NCBI GenBank assembly: GCA_013265495.1
Contig: MU057801.1
Span: forward strand, 1,109,879-1,173,878
DNA: 64,000 nt
Reading direction: 5' to 3'
From: Vicugna vicugna
Taxonomy: Eukaryota
In this document: piece after piece, positions 24,522 to 37,600 of the stretch
Numbering within the stretch: position 1 is the stretch's first letter
Layout of the letters: the number at the start of each line of letters is the position of its first letter
Translations under genes and position numbers: made by a program
The notes under the pieces: model-generated
The model's input: the letters and a program-made list of their open reading frames with translations, nothing else
Told to the model about the DNA's origin: nothing
Databases searched by the model: none

Positions 24522-27500
24522 AGAGTATGAGGAGAGATTTCTTCTTTTTGAATTTCTAGCTCCTGGTTCATCTTGCACAGTGATTATTCCTTGCCCTCCT
24601 AGAGGTGATGATGATGCCAATATTGTCTTTATTTCCAGTTCTTCTCATTTTATAAATCATTGAGTGCAAACTGCTAAAAATGTTGTTTTTAAGAAACTAT
24701 TTAATTATAGCAGTAACATACAGCTTCCTGATCAAGATAATCAAAAGTTAACAATCCCATGACCTTGAGGGTTGAAGATTCACCTCCCGTGACTGAGCAT
24801 TGGTGAGCGGCAGCGCCGTGGTTATGAGTTTGTGTGTGATTAGTATCAGCAAAACTGCTTCAGTTCAGTGTGGGAATGTTATCAAAGGCCCAGGGAAGCC
24901 TGGCATTTGACTTCAGGTGTGATTGTTGACTTGCCCCGGAGAAACTCGGAGTGTGATGTGGACACCCGCCCTCTGCAGCAGCGGCAGGCGGCGCACCTGA
25001 ACCAGGAGCTGCTCTGCCCCGCGCACCCGGGGCTGCGCTCCAGGCCGGAGAGGCGCCGGGCGGGAGACACGCGGCCAGGCCCGCCGGTGGAGCGGGGGTT
25101 CCCGTGGGAGGTCTGGATGTGGAAGGGGACTGCCTGTGGGCCCGGCCCGTGTGTCTCACATTCACATGGATGGATGGCATTAAAAACAAAATCCTGAGTG
25201 TAGATGCATCTTCTGTGTTTCAGGATTGTGGAAGCACCCTTACCCTAATGGCTTTGAGTAGATTACTGGACAAGTGATTTCTGTGTTTTAAGTAATAGTA
25301 TCTTAAGAACTAATTTTAGAATTATATCCCACAATTTTTATTTCATTTTGCAAAAGCAACTGGGTTTGCTGCATTAGCGACACATCTGGTGCAGTGTGCA
25401 TAGAAAACTGACGTGCGCGTAAAGTACATGGGGAGTAACAGCCCTGAGGGGCTCGTGGACAGAAAATATTTTTTGAAGTTGAGTTGAGAATTTCTATACA
25501 TTTCTTACAGGAATGGTAATTATCGTTCCTGACTCAGAAGTGCCCAGCTATTTGTCAGTTCAAGGCCGTTTTTCCAGCTGTAGTGATAGTATTGTCCGCA
25601 TCTCCTTTTGTTGTTCCCTTTCTGGGCCCAACTCTTCTTTTTTTCACGAGGGATTTCCGCGAAAGCCACGGCGGACCCTCTGCCTGCGAGCCACCCTTCC
25701 GAGGCTTGTGAACCGCTTGTTCATCTGGCTCTTGTAACGGGCTGTTAAAAGCACTTGTTCATCAGATATTCTCTTTTTCTTTTTCTCTGTAGATTTAGAA
25801 GTATTTTAGCAGGTGTACATTTGCATATAAAAGGACGACGGTAAGAAGTTGGGCTTTTTCTTTCTCTCCTCAGCATCGTCTCTCCTGCCCCCTTTTATTC
25901 AGCACGTTTTCACTTTCTGTTTCCATTTCCTAGACACCAAATGCATATCAAGAAGGGAAAAAACAGTCTCAGTGATCATTCACCACTTTGCAGGAAGGTA
26001 GATGACTGGGTTCAGCCAGCTTATGTAACGAAGGAAGGAAAAATGAATTTACCTCCTTGTGTCATCAGTCTGGAATTGATAGCAAAGGTTAGATTGACGC
26101 CCCTGGCCCCCTTGCCTTACTTTGTATTTTAAGCTGCAGTGTTTCCTACTTTGGAAGCTAAATCCTGACGCAGCTCTGAGTATCGCCAAGCCCCCCGGAG
26201 CAGAGAGCCAGCGCGAGCTCTCCGGGGCACCTCGTCGACTGTCGTTGTCTCCTTAGAAATCCCTGTTTTCTCTCATTGTTTGCACTACTCAGCATCATTA
26301 CTAACGGGAGGAAGTATTTCTCTGGAGTTCTGAGTCACAGGCTACCATGTGAAGCCTTGAGGGGCTGCGTGGTCCTCGAGTTGGCGGGCATAGGGTCCTC
26401 GCACCTTGGGCCTGTGTGACCCTCGTCCCCACCCTGTCTGCAGCAGGCTGGCTGGAGCATCTCCATGTGCTCCCGTGGCTCCCGTCTCTCCCCTCACTCC
26501 TTTCATACCTGTGGGTTGGCGGGGCTACGCCGTGCGGCTTTTACCCGCTTCATTCCTCACTGTCCTTCTTTCTGAAGAAGTCTGGGCCTGCCATGCCGCA
26601 GACCTCAAGGCCGGAGCCCTGCCTCAGTGCAGCGGGCATCCTGGCTGAGGCTTCTGGGCTGTTCCAGGAGAATGTCTGAACTGTGTGAGCTCCCCTAGCA
26701 GAACGTGCACTCTTGCCCCCAGAGAGCCTGAAGCCAGGGCCGTTTGGTGCAGGCAGCTCCGTCCTGCCCCCCCGAGCAGCTGCTGTAACCTCCCTGGACG
26801 CTGTGGCCCGGCTCGGGCAGCTCTTCAGCTGAGAAGCCTAGACTGACACTAGCCTGTACCCCGTGGCTGAAGTTTCTCTAAGTGTTCTTGTGCCACTTTC
26901 AGTGAACACATGAAAAATTGCTCACTACTGTCTACTTTCAAGGCTGCAGCTATGTTCTGTTCAGCCTGTGCAACGTTTTAACTTCTAAAAGCACAAGTCC
27001 GGCAAAGCTTGGCCACTTTCCCTGCTGGCAGCCGTTGGCTGAGGCCAGAGGACAGCTGTCCCCACTGGACTGGGCACGAGGTCTCCAGCAGGCTGCAGGT
27101 CAGCCCTCCCACTGCTCCCCGAGCTGGGTCACATCTGTCAAATGCATGCGGCCCCAGAGTGCCCACACTTCCAGACCTGCCCTGTCCAGCCTGTTCACAG
27201 AGCCTGTGTACCCGAGCCCTTCTTCCTTTGGTTCTGCACAGGCTGCAGTCTTTAACCTCTCCTGGTTATATTTTTAACCAAACTTTAATTTTGTTTTCCC
27301 TTTTTGTTTCATCTCAGTCCTTCACGTGTTACTCTGTGCGGCTCTTCTGACCAGACGCTCTGGGCGCCGGCTGCTGGGGGTCCCTCCTGCTGCCCCGCGC
27401 GGTGTTCGCTCCTCCAGCTGAGCGCACTGACGCTGTTCCTCTGCAACTCCACTCTGCCCTCGCACCTCACAGGACGGGAGGTGGGGCAGGCGACGGGCCT

Positions 27501-28989
27501 GGGTTTTGCCAGCCTTTACTACTTGGGTCAGGGCAGCCACATCCCAGACAAAGGCGCCAGGGCCCTGCTTGGAGAGGGGCCCCAGGAGGTTCAAGGACCG
27601 AGTGCCGGTGCGGAGCCGCGGTTGGGAAGGGCGTCAGAGCGGGCGGGTGGGGGGAGCTTTCTCCCTCCAAACTCCTGTACCATTGAAAGCAGACTCGGCA
27701 GCCTTGACGGGCAGCCCGTGAAAGGGTCCACATCCTTCAAGAAGGAACCAGCGTGGAAGGTGTGCGGGGCCTGCCTTCTGGGCACGTGGCCCCTGTGCTG
27801 GCTAGCTCCCTCCCAGTCTTCCCTCCGGGGCTCAGACCAGTAACGAGACAGTCTTATATTTGAACGGCATACGGACTCCCCCTGTCTGAAATCACCTCAC
27901 AACCACTAGCTTGATATTTTTCACAAAAATCCTCTCCTGAAAATAAATAGCACATGTTTCCCTGGTTTCTGAGAAGCTGAGGGCTGGCTCCCTGGAGTCA
28001 GATGATTTACCTGAGGCAGTGGACAGAGGCCACCCCAGCTCCGCCCACCAGGAGACTTGGTTTGTCAAGGAGCTGCTTTTTTTTTTCCTTTCTTTCTTTT
28101 TAAAAAAGCTCTTTCTATCTTTGCTACCTTTTCCTTGACCAAACAAATTTAACTGAATGTGGAAATGGCAGAAGGTCACTAAGGCCTGGCCTTGTGTCCT
28201 GAGAGCTAAAACACTGTTTGGTTGATCTCTAGAAAATAAAAACAAAACGGCATTTTTACCTCTTGAACAGTGCTCCTTTACCTTTTTAGAATTCAGACAC
28301 TCCATCTTTGATTTTATTAATACCTTCTCCGCTCTCCCAGAATCACGTGATGAGGAGTCTGAGGTGGCAGCTGGGGAGTGGCGGGACGCCGCCCCGCTGA
28401 GACACCGCGGCTGGAGACACCGCCTGTCCTGGGCCCGCCCCCGGCAGGCGTGCAGAGAAGGCACTCAGGGCAGCGCTTCCCCTTCTGCACGTGCTGCCTC
28501 TGGTGTTTTCTAAACTGCATTTTCAAAATGCTAATTCCACGGTACACTGATTTCACAATCCAGCAACGTTAAAAAAAAAAGGTTGCCTTAGGGTTTAGTA
28601 TAGTCAGAGGGAAAGAGTACCTGTTTTGTACATATTTTAATTACATAGCATTTCCCACTCCAAAATGCGATGCTCACTTTAAATGCTTATTTTTGTCTTG
28701 ATCTTTCTCAGAAGGGCAGGGTAAGTTGTATTTTCATTCTTAAGTGTGATGGTAGTTTTACTCCAGTAATTAGGGGTTCGTGGTTAAGGTCTTAAGTTGA
28801 GCCAGCAAAAGCAGGAGGGCAGCCGACAGCCAGCGCCCCGTGCTGACCGCAGGAGCCCTTTGTCTGTGCCCACGGATGCTGCCTCGCTGGGTGCGTCTCT
28901 GCTGAAGCTCTGCCTCTCTGCCCTCCGTTCCACTAGGGCGTCCCTGGGACTCGGGCAGTGGGGACGCTTGCGCCACCCGCGGCTGTCAC

Positions 28990-29306
28990 GGGACTTCTAT
29001 TTCCTGCTTTTCCCAGCGGTCTTTCCTATTCTGAGAGCGGGCCGCGGGGTCTGTGGGTTGTTTCCGTTGACATGCAGAGGTTTTAGGGTGGATGTAGTCC
29101 TGCTTGTCTGTCTGGTTGACTGTGCTTTTGGGGTTGCATCCAAGAAATCCTGCCCAGTCCAGCGTCCTGAAGCTTTTCTCCTATGTTTTTCCCTCTAGTT
29201 TTAGGTCTTACCTTTAAGTCTTGAATCCTTCCTGAGTTGATTCTTGTGGATGATGGAAGGTTGGGGTCCACCTTCCTCCTGTTGCACATCGGGCGTCCAG
29301 TTTTCT
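28990..29306 (-). mobile_element. Antisense L1 ORF2 fragment abutting a KIZ acceptor
   Basis: Reverse translation TRINSGRIQDLKVRPKT...KNIGEKLQDAGLG resembles L1 ORF2p TKINSRWIKDLNVRP...ENIGxxLxDIGLG. Confidence 0.8.
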
Positions 29307-29327
29307 GTGCCTTTTTCTGATCTGTAG

Positions 29328-29432
29328 AAACGAAAGCCTACCAGATGTTGAAGCTGTCTACCCTTCAGGACGGCGCACGCCAAACTGAAGACAGGCTCCA
29401 GAAGGCGGAGGCCTCTGTGCCGCCACTGCCAG
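29328..29432 (+). CDS. KIZ: KIZ coding exon, 105 nt
   Basis: tctgtag|AA ... CCAG|gtaagc. (E)TKAYQMLKLSTLQDGARQTEDRLQKAEASVPPLP(G) matches the KIZ ETxAYQxLKxxTLQ motif. Confidence 0.95.
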
Positions 29433-32002
29433 GTAAGCAGGCGGACAGGCCAGTGTCTGGGAGGCCGGGCTGCGGCCAGGGCTGCGTTCCCGTCAGGGGA
29501 GGTGCTCCCTGCGTTGTCGGGGAGGTGCTCCCTCTGGGAAGGTTTCTGGGCTTTGCTCTGTAACAGGCTGTCGCGGGGTCGCTTTTCCAGTCCTTGACAA
29601 ACAGGAGTTTGCAAGAGGCCTCCCTCCAGGGTGTGTGCTGGCGATGGCCTCACGGGCCCTTGGACTGTGCCAGCCATGTCCTGAGGGTGCCTTGACCCTG
29701 AGCGCCACAGGAGATGCCTCCAGTTCCTTCTCTTCACACATCTTCCAGTTTCTTAATCAGCAGCGGGGAGTGTCGTCTGGGCCTCCCCCGTCCCAGAATG
29801 CTGGGGGACTTGGCGTTCTTTAAATGGAAAGACTGTAAGTCCCAAGGAAAGCTCAGTTTTAAGCTTAAATGTAGTTCCTTCAATCTAGGATTTTTGTTTT
29901 TTAATTGTAATTTTCTTAGTTTTCTTGTATTTTGTGTTACATTTTCATTATTTTTCAGGGTTTTTATTACCTTCCATTTAGTAAAAGTTACTTCAGCTCC
30001 CTTTGTAAGTGGATTAATACAGAAGGAAGTACACTTTAACGACTTTCCTATTTTCATATAAACCACCGTGCTGGAATTTCACCCATCACAATGAACAGTG
30101 AATTCTTAATGTCACATAATTCCCAGTCCATATTCAGACTTCCCAGTTGCCTCCAAGATGTCTTCATCAGAGATTGTTTTTTGAAAGGGCATACTTGGGT
30201 ACAGCAGACTTCGCTGCCTGTCCTTGGCGAGCTGTTTCCTGGGCAGCACCAGTGCTAGAATTAGTTGCTGCAAAATTCAGTTACTTTGGTGGCTTTGAGG
30301 GTTCAGGGAGCCTCTGCACATTCAAGAGAAGCCCCCGGGAGGGCTGGCCACGGCGGTGGTGGTTATTTCAACTCCTCAAGCAGGAGACCTGGTAGTTTGT
30401 TAAGGTACAAATGGGCTCTGCCCAATGGAGGTCTGCATCGCGCTGGGAAGACGCAGCCCTTGTGAGCCCTTCCCTGTTTGCTCTCATCACCTTCTTCACA
30501 TTTGAGTCACAGAATCAGTCCAGAGGGGTGTCAGAGTGTTTATCCAACCCCCTAACTTACCAGTTGGCCTCGCTCAGAGCATTACAGCCTGCTAGCAGGC
30601 ACATGCGGTTTGGAAGGTGGCGCTGCAAACCCACTTGGTGAGACCAGCTCAGAGGGTGGTGTAGTCCCTCGGCCGCGCATCAGAAACTGCAACACTGATA
30701 ACATGCTGACAGTCCACCTGCTTGTCTGCTAACTTACCCGTGTGAAGTGATGCACACAGTGCGGGTTCTGCAGCCAGGCGCCCCGAGGTTCCGGCCCCTT
30801 AGTCCTCACTCAGAATTACACCATGTGCTTCGCAAGGTTCCAGACTCCCCAGCGCTGGGCTTAGATGTGCTTCTGATCGTGTTGGCTGTCGTTGAAGTTC
30901 GATGCTGCCCTGGAGTTTATCTGGCATTTGGTCACGCGTCCCTTTTTCATTCTCGCCCACACCCTGATCCTCAGGACTTCGCTGAGCCCCACAGAGAAGC
31001 AGGAAGTGGGCTGGGAGGGCCGCAGCAGGGCTGAACTTCTCCCAGAGTCACAGGCAGGGCTGGGTGTGCACTCTGAACCCGGAGCCCCCAGTCTAGCCGC
31101 CATCAGGGAAGTACACGTTCCAGCTCCTGTCTGTGCCAGACGCTGGGTCTCTGGCTCTGCACCTGTCCCTGCGGAGAGCCACTTTGTCCTCGTGTCTGAA
31201 AAGACCTGGTCTTGTTAAGGGGGTGCAGACCTTCCTGGGGCCGAACATGGACACGTTGTTAAGAGAACGGCTTTGCTGCAGAGGTTGCATGCAGGCCGGC
31301 GGGGCACGGGTTAGGAGCCCAGCAGCTGCGTTTTGCCAAGATGCTCATGCGTCTCTATCTGAGATCCTGGCTGCCCACCCGTTAAGAATCAGCCTTGTGG
31401 CAGAAACATCCAAGGCTGAGGGCACCCAGGACACAGAGGTCAGGTGTTGCCTGCTCGCTGGGAGCACCATGGGGACAGCCTGGGTCCCCGGCTCCAGGGA
31501 AAGGGGTGGACAGTACATCTTCCCCGCCATCCTGTCCAGGCTGGTCAGAGGTGGCCTTGGTGGTTTTCAGTGGAGACTTGTTCTCTGCAAGAGAGGAAAA
31601 CAAGAGGCTTGGGCAGAGGGGCTTCAGGATGGGTGGGCTGTAACCGTCATCTGGAGGGGTCGGTTATCTCCGAGACCCGGTCCCCAGCTCCCGGTGTCTG
31701 GGCAGCGTCGGGCAGCCAGAGCCTGGTGCCGCAGGACAGCCACGTGCCCACACGGGTCTTGGCCATTTGAGGCAGTGCCCTTTGAATGGGTTGATTTCCT
31801 ACTTTTTGTGGCTTCTGTGTAGGCCTCACAGGAAAGCCCCCTTCCTTCCCATCTCCGCCAGCGTGGCCTTCCTCAGCCTTGGAGGCGCCTGGCTTTCGGT
31901 GAACAGCTTGTCCCCTGTTGACGTTTGTTTCACAAGTTCCCGGGAGGCCGCGGCGGGGGGAGCCACGGCCCCGCTCACTCTCCACGTTTGTGCTCATCAC
32001 AG

Positions 32003-32099
32003 GTTTGAACGCTGGCAGCAGGACGTTCCGGACAAAGACAGCTCGCAAAACCGCCTCGGAAGCTAGCTTTTCATCTAGCGAAGGGAGCCCTTTGTCAAG
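32003..32099 (+). CDS. KIZ: KIZ coding exon, 97 nt
   Basis: catcacag|GT ... TCAAG|gtaaag. (G)LNAGSRTFRTKTARKTASEASFSSSEGSPLS(R) contains the KIZ ASEASFSSSEGSPLSR stretch. Confidence 0.96.
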
Positions 32100-34039
32100 G
32101 TAAAGTCGTGCGGGCCTTTCTGAACAGCGGCCCCAAGATGAGAAATGTCACTTCTCCGTGAACTACACTCTGGCTGGTGTTATGTTGTTGTATGACTCGA
32201 TGGAAGGTTACCGTTTGGGTTTTTGTTTCTCTGAAATGACAGTTGAAACTTCAGTCTACCTTTGAAAATATTTGCACCAGGGCCAAGTATTGTCTTGCAG
32301 CTGCTGTTTCCTTGGTTTAAGACTCAGTTGACACCTCAGTGAACCACAAATTAGCGTCTACAGCTGCTCCCAGTAGGGCCTCTTAGAAAGCACACAATGG
32401 AGGGTGTCAGGCAGGGCAGGGAGACGTGGCTCCAGAGAAAGGAAGTGGCCTGTTCTTTGGGAGACGCGGATATGTGCACAAGCCGTTGCTGGGCACTTGC
32501 TTTGTGCTCCGCGCTTTTACCAAGCATTTGGGCTGGGTGGTTCTTTCCCTTTGTGATATTTTCTTGCTTATTGTCCATAAGGAGCAAAATTTCTCTTTTT
32601 GCATTTGTTGAACTGTAGCAGATCTTGTAAGTTTTCGAGCCCTAACAGGGGAGTCGAGGGCTAGATTTGTCATTGGGGTGAAATGCCACGCCACGGCGTT
32701 GAGTCACGTGGGGAGAATTTATGGCTGTGGAAAGCGGCAGTCGTTGGTGAAACAGCTACCTTTCTGCGTTGGGCTAAGTGTCATTTAAGATAGCACAGGT
32801 CTGCATTTGTAGTAAGATTTCTCCTCAAAAGATGTCTTTAGGTGATTGTGTTACATTTGAATTAACTGCTCACCCCGATGAAATTTTAAAACAGGAACTT
32901 TACATTTCTGATGTCCAGTAAGGTAAAATTATTTGTTCAGAAATGTGTTTTTACAATGGAAAAAATTTTCAGTTTCATTTATGTTTTGAAAAACATTACA
33001 GTATTTTCAGGACCTGGAATACATTTAAATGAGATCAATTCTTTGAAATTAAGTTCTTGCTTTCAGAAACCTGGTAAGTTTGATTTTAGGGAACTACTTA
33101 ATTTTGGAAATTATTTTTAAGATCTGGGTTGTCATCTCTGTTTCTGAAGGAAGTGAGGGTGCGTTCGGGGCAGGAGGCGCTAAAGCGAGGCGCTAAAGCG
33201 CAGCATTGCTCATGGCTGTGCCAGATGCAGGGTCGACGGCTGCTGCAGGGACCTGCAGGAAACAAACTCCACAGGAAGTTTCAGGGTTTGATGTCGCCGT
33301 TTGGTTTAGTAACACATCCCTTTTGTTTTTAAAGATTGTTAGAAGTGTTTGTTTCCTTTATATTTTTGAAGCACTAAAAAAACCCAGTTCTTCTTAAACC
33401 TTTTAAATATATATTCTTTGGGCAAGCTTCAGTACACTCAGCAAGCAGTCGGATTCTGTAGAACGTGTTCTCAGTCTGATCATTTCGCGTCTTGCATTTA
33501 TATTCTATTATGAAATCAAACTTTTTTCCCCTTCAGTTTGAGGCGGGGGCCTTTTGTTAGTCCTGTTGTTTCTGCTTGAAATTAATTTCCTGAATCACAG
33601 GTAATAACATCATCCCTTTTAAGGGAAAAAAAAGCCTTTAAGCAACCCGTGGTTCTGGGTGCGCCGCAGAGCCCCGGGCGTGGGGTGCGTGGGTTCGGCG
33701 CTCTGCGTGTCGCCTCCTGGGCCTCGTGCCGGGCTCCGTGGTGGTCGCCACCCTGGGCTGTGGAGAGCCGGGCTCTGCCGCCTGCGCCTAAATTCACTGC
33801 AATTTCGTAGCGGCTTACGTGCAAGGCTCCCACGTCCCGCAGTCACTCCTCGTGCTTTATTGCTTTTACAAGTGGTCTCGAAACCCAGTACTTGAGAATA
33901 AACATGGCAGTGCGGTGCTGCCGCAGCACTTCTACGAATTCTTCTTTGCTCTGTTTTGTCAGTGAGCTGATGAGCAACCTCAAAAAAAAAGACCCTGCTG
34001 GACCTTAAAAAAAAAATGGCTTCCTCTGATGTCCTGGAG

Positions 34040-34680
34040 ACCATAATTATGATGTGCTAGTTAAGCCCAAACTACAGCTGAGGGATTTTACTTTAAAGCA
34101 GCGGCTTGGGCGCAAAAATGCATTTATAGCTCTTTGTCTGCACCTCATTATGTGTGGGCCTGATTCATTAAGTAATTGGTTTGCAGTTGTTTACATGAGT
34201 ATTAAGGCCTTCCTTTCAGCCGCCTTTGAGAGATACATTGTGCAAATGTTGCCTGCGATGAATGCAGAATGAGGGCCCGAGGGTCCGTCCTATTGGCTAA
34301 ACAGTGCGCTCTGTTGAAAAGCCAGAGAAAGGGATTGGTGCTGCTTTGCATAGCAATGACTTTCTTAATAAGCGTTACAGATTAATACACACCAGCTATA
34401 AAAGATGCAAAGAGATACTCTTAGCACATTTATCCCTGCTCATTTCATTGTGATGGTGGTGGGGTCCCGGTGCTTTCATATTCCCTCTGCCGGAGCCGCG
34501 GCCTCCATGCATGAGCCGGAACAGAATCCGGTGTTTATTGTATTATAAATCATGGGCAAGTAGGCAGATCGGCAACAGTTTATTATTAAAGATTCTTTCA
34601 GTGTAAATCTTTTTCCACCATTGTCTTTGCTTCAGCAAAATCATTTTGTGGTTGAGTGGGGATGAAAGGATGTAGGAAGG
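34040..34680. promoter_or_regulatory. Candidate deeply conserved non-coding element / developmental enhancer
   Basis: ~640 bp of unique, relatively AT-rich sequence in GC-rich surroundings: TGATTCATTA (34161), TAATTG (34173), TGTTTAC (34188), CATTGTGCAAAT (34236), ATAAATCA (34545). Confidence 0.6.
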
Positions 34681-37600
34681 AGTGAGTCCTAATAGGACGC
34701 GGCTCTCAGAGTAAAGCCCACTTGTCCCCTTTTGTTCAGGGTGCATGCCAGAGCTTCCTCCCCTGCAGACACTGCCTCCCGCGCCTTCCCGGGAAGCCGC
34801 CTCACCCTCCCCATCCATTTGTTCAGCGGACAGTGTATTTTAGCCGCCAGTTTTCTAGCTTGGATCAAATGATGTTTCACCAAAAGGAAAGGATGTGCTT
34901 GCAGCCTGACTGGGGAAGAGGTAGAAGAGGCACCCTGCCCCCTACACCCTGGGGGCCGCCGTGGGTGGCCTTCGGGGCAGCCCTGCAGCCACGGGAGCGG
35001 CCAGCGGAGGGCGCCAGGCTGCAGCCAGTGCTCGCCGTCTCTCCTCCCCCAGCCCGTGTGCCATTTCCCCGGGGAAATGTGAAGATCACTAGGAACCAGC
35101 AGTCCCAAGAAATAAAAATGAGGTCTTCCTGCAAGTCCTCTGGGTTCTAATATAAAAGCCCCATCTCTGTCTCTGGCTTAGCAAATCTACATTCTCCATA
35201 AATTCTCCCAATTTAGCAGCTTCTTAAGTATTCCACACGTTTCTTGCCATAAGCCCGCCTACTTTATTTTTTCTACTCCAAGCTCAAAAGAACAGTCTCT
35301 GGTTTGATAGCTGAAGGGGAGGAGTAAAGTTCCCTGAAAATGGCACCTGCAGGACCCCCGGCCAGCCACCAGGGGGCACTCAGACTGTGTCAAACTGTCC
35401 TCGACCTGGCCGGCCTCTGACACTTCAAAGGGAGGGTTCAGAGGTCTGTTGGCGCACTTGTTGGGATTTTTTTTTGAATTTTTAAAATTTTTTTTGCCTT
35501 GTATTTTTCAGACACACGTCTGTTTAGAAGAAAATTCTAGCAGAAGATGCTATGAGACATTTTAATTCTGATTGTACCTAGCAGTCAAAATCATTAAAAG
35601 TTACAGAATTCAGTGTAGAGCCCACATCTGGAAGGTTAGTTATTATTTTCAGGCCTCTAACAAGAGCCTCGAACCCACTGTCCCCAGCACCACATACCGA
35701 GTTCCCCGCAGGGCTCTCGGCGTCTCGACGGACGTGGCCTCAAAGCCACGGCAGCTTGGCATGCGTGTGGGTGGCCTGTAGCTACTGCCTTCCTTCAGAA
35801 ATGCAGGGGAAGGGCGCAGCTCAAGTGCTAGGGCGCACGCTCAGCACCCAAGAGGTCCCAGGTCCAGTGCCCCGTACCTCCTCCAAGCAGAAATCAATGA
35901 AGAAACCTGACTGCTTCCCCCTCCCCAGCTCGGAGGCAGCCCATGCGCTGCAGCCCCAGGACCCTCCGCTCGCCTGGCCGCCCGGCTGCCCAGCCTCGGC
36001 CTCAGCCTCGCACTCGCGCAGCCTGCTGCTCGGGGGCTTTTCTCTGTCAGTGGTGCTCGGTCACCGCTGCACTTTGAGTGTGTGATCATCAGTGTCCGGT
36101 CCTGCTGTCCACAGAAGCGTTCTTCTTTATAAAAGCCAGGTGCACGAGAGCCTTCGCCTCTGCAGAGTCAGGTACCCCGGCGGAGGACCTGTATCCCATC
36201 GCGCTACCCACATGAGTTGCGGGGGCCGGGGCACGTGCACACAGACATCAGCTTTGGTTCCATCCTGTCCGCACATGTTCTGCACCTCTGTTTTTTGGGA
36301 GCAGGACCTGGATGAGCACCCACCAGAGTGTCTTCGGGGTGCTGGCCTGCCCTCCATCCAGTCTGCCAGTGAAGGGATGTTTGTCTGCCTCCTGGCCCTG
36401 AGCTGGATGAGGGTGGGGGTGCCCCAGCACGTGTGGGGCCGGAATGTTACCCCCAGTTCTGCCACCATCAGTCCTCAGCCCTCCCTGCAGCCCCCTCTGC
36501 AGTGGCAGGTATGGTTTTGGTGTCTGTCCCCAACCCAAGCATGAGAGCCCTGAGGGCCGAGGTCAAGCACATCCTGTTTGTTGCTGCCACAGAGCACAGA
36601 GCCCGAGGCGTTGTCACCTTGTCACCTGTGTGGTATCTGAGGAGAGAAGGAGGGAGTGAACATGGACCCGCTGCCCCCTGAGGCCTTGCCCTGCTGGTGG
36701 GAGGCCTGGAGGGTGAGTTTCCCGCCCGCCCGAGTGCTTCTGTCCACCAGCTCCTGGAGGAGGAGGCTTCATGCAGCCCCAGCCTCACCTGTCCCTGGTC
36801 CCCTGCAACTGAGCCCCACCTTCTCCCAACCAGGCTCGTACAGCCAGGCTGCTTCCCTGGCCCCCACTCCCCGCAGGGCCATGTCTGAGCCCTTTGGATG
36901 CTCCAAGGGGGCCTTTCTGCTGATTCACAGACCAACCTGCTCAGGAGGGGAACTTGCAGGGCCGAGGGAGTGGCCTTGGGCATGACAGCTCCCGGAAGCA
37001 TCCACCCCCTGCCTCCTGCTTTACCACTTCTCTGGGGGGGCGGAGACCATAGTTTGAACATGTGTTTTGTAAGCTTGCGTGAGCTGGGAAGAGCCTCCCG
37101 TTCCACTCCCGCCCCACCCCGCCTAGCTCTGTGTGCTGAGACACATCCCTCAACCTCTCTGGACCCCACCACCCCCACCGTGAAGGCCCTGGCTCGATCC
37201 TCCAGACGCTCTCAGGTCTCTTCCTGGCTGCTTCTGTCTCACTTTCGTCTCTACGTGCTGCCCGCAGGCAGAACTGAATGCTAGCAGACGTCCTTGCCAC
37301 CTTGCTTTGTACTCGTGTGGACCATTTCTATCGGTGGTGTTGGCCTTCTGTGCATAGAAAATGAACAGGTGACTGACGCTTACAACTTTGACTATTTTCT
37401 TTAGTGCCCAGGTCACTGGATCACGGCCGGTGCCGTTCACCCCGGGCTGGGGGCCAGGCTTACCGTGAGACCTGCAGTGAGACCCTGGCCGCCCGCCTCC
37501 ATGCGGGCAGCACAGACGAGGACAGAAGCGCTTGGCTGCGCGTCGCCCTAGCTCCTTATCAACAGCGAGGGAATTTACCAGCAGTTACCGAAATGCGTCA

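Noticed and set aside
31133..31822. 229-aa ORF
   Set aside because: Intronic, GC-rich, non-ATG start, no homology recognised.
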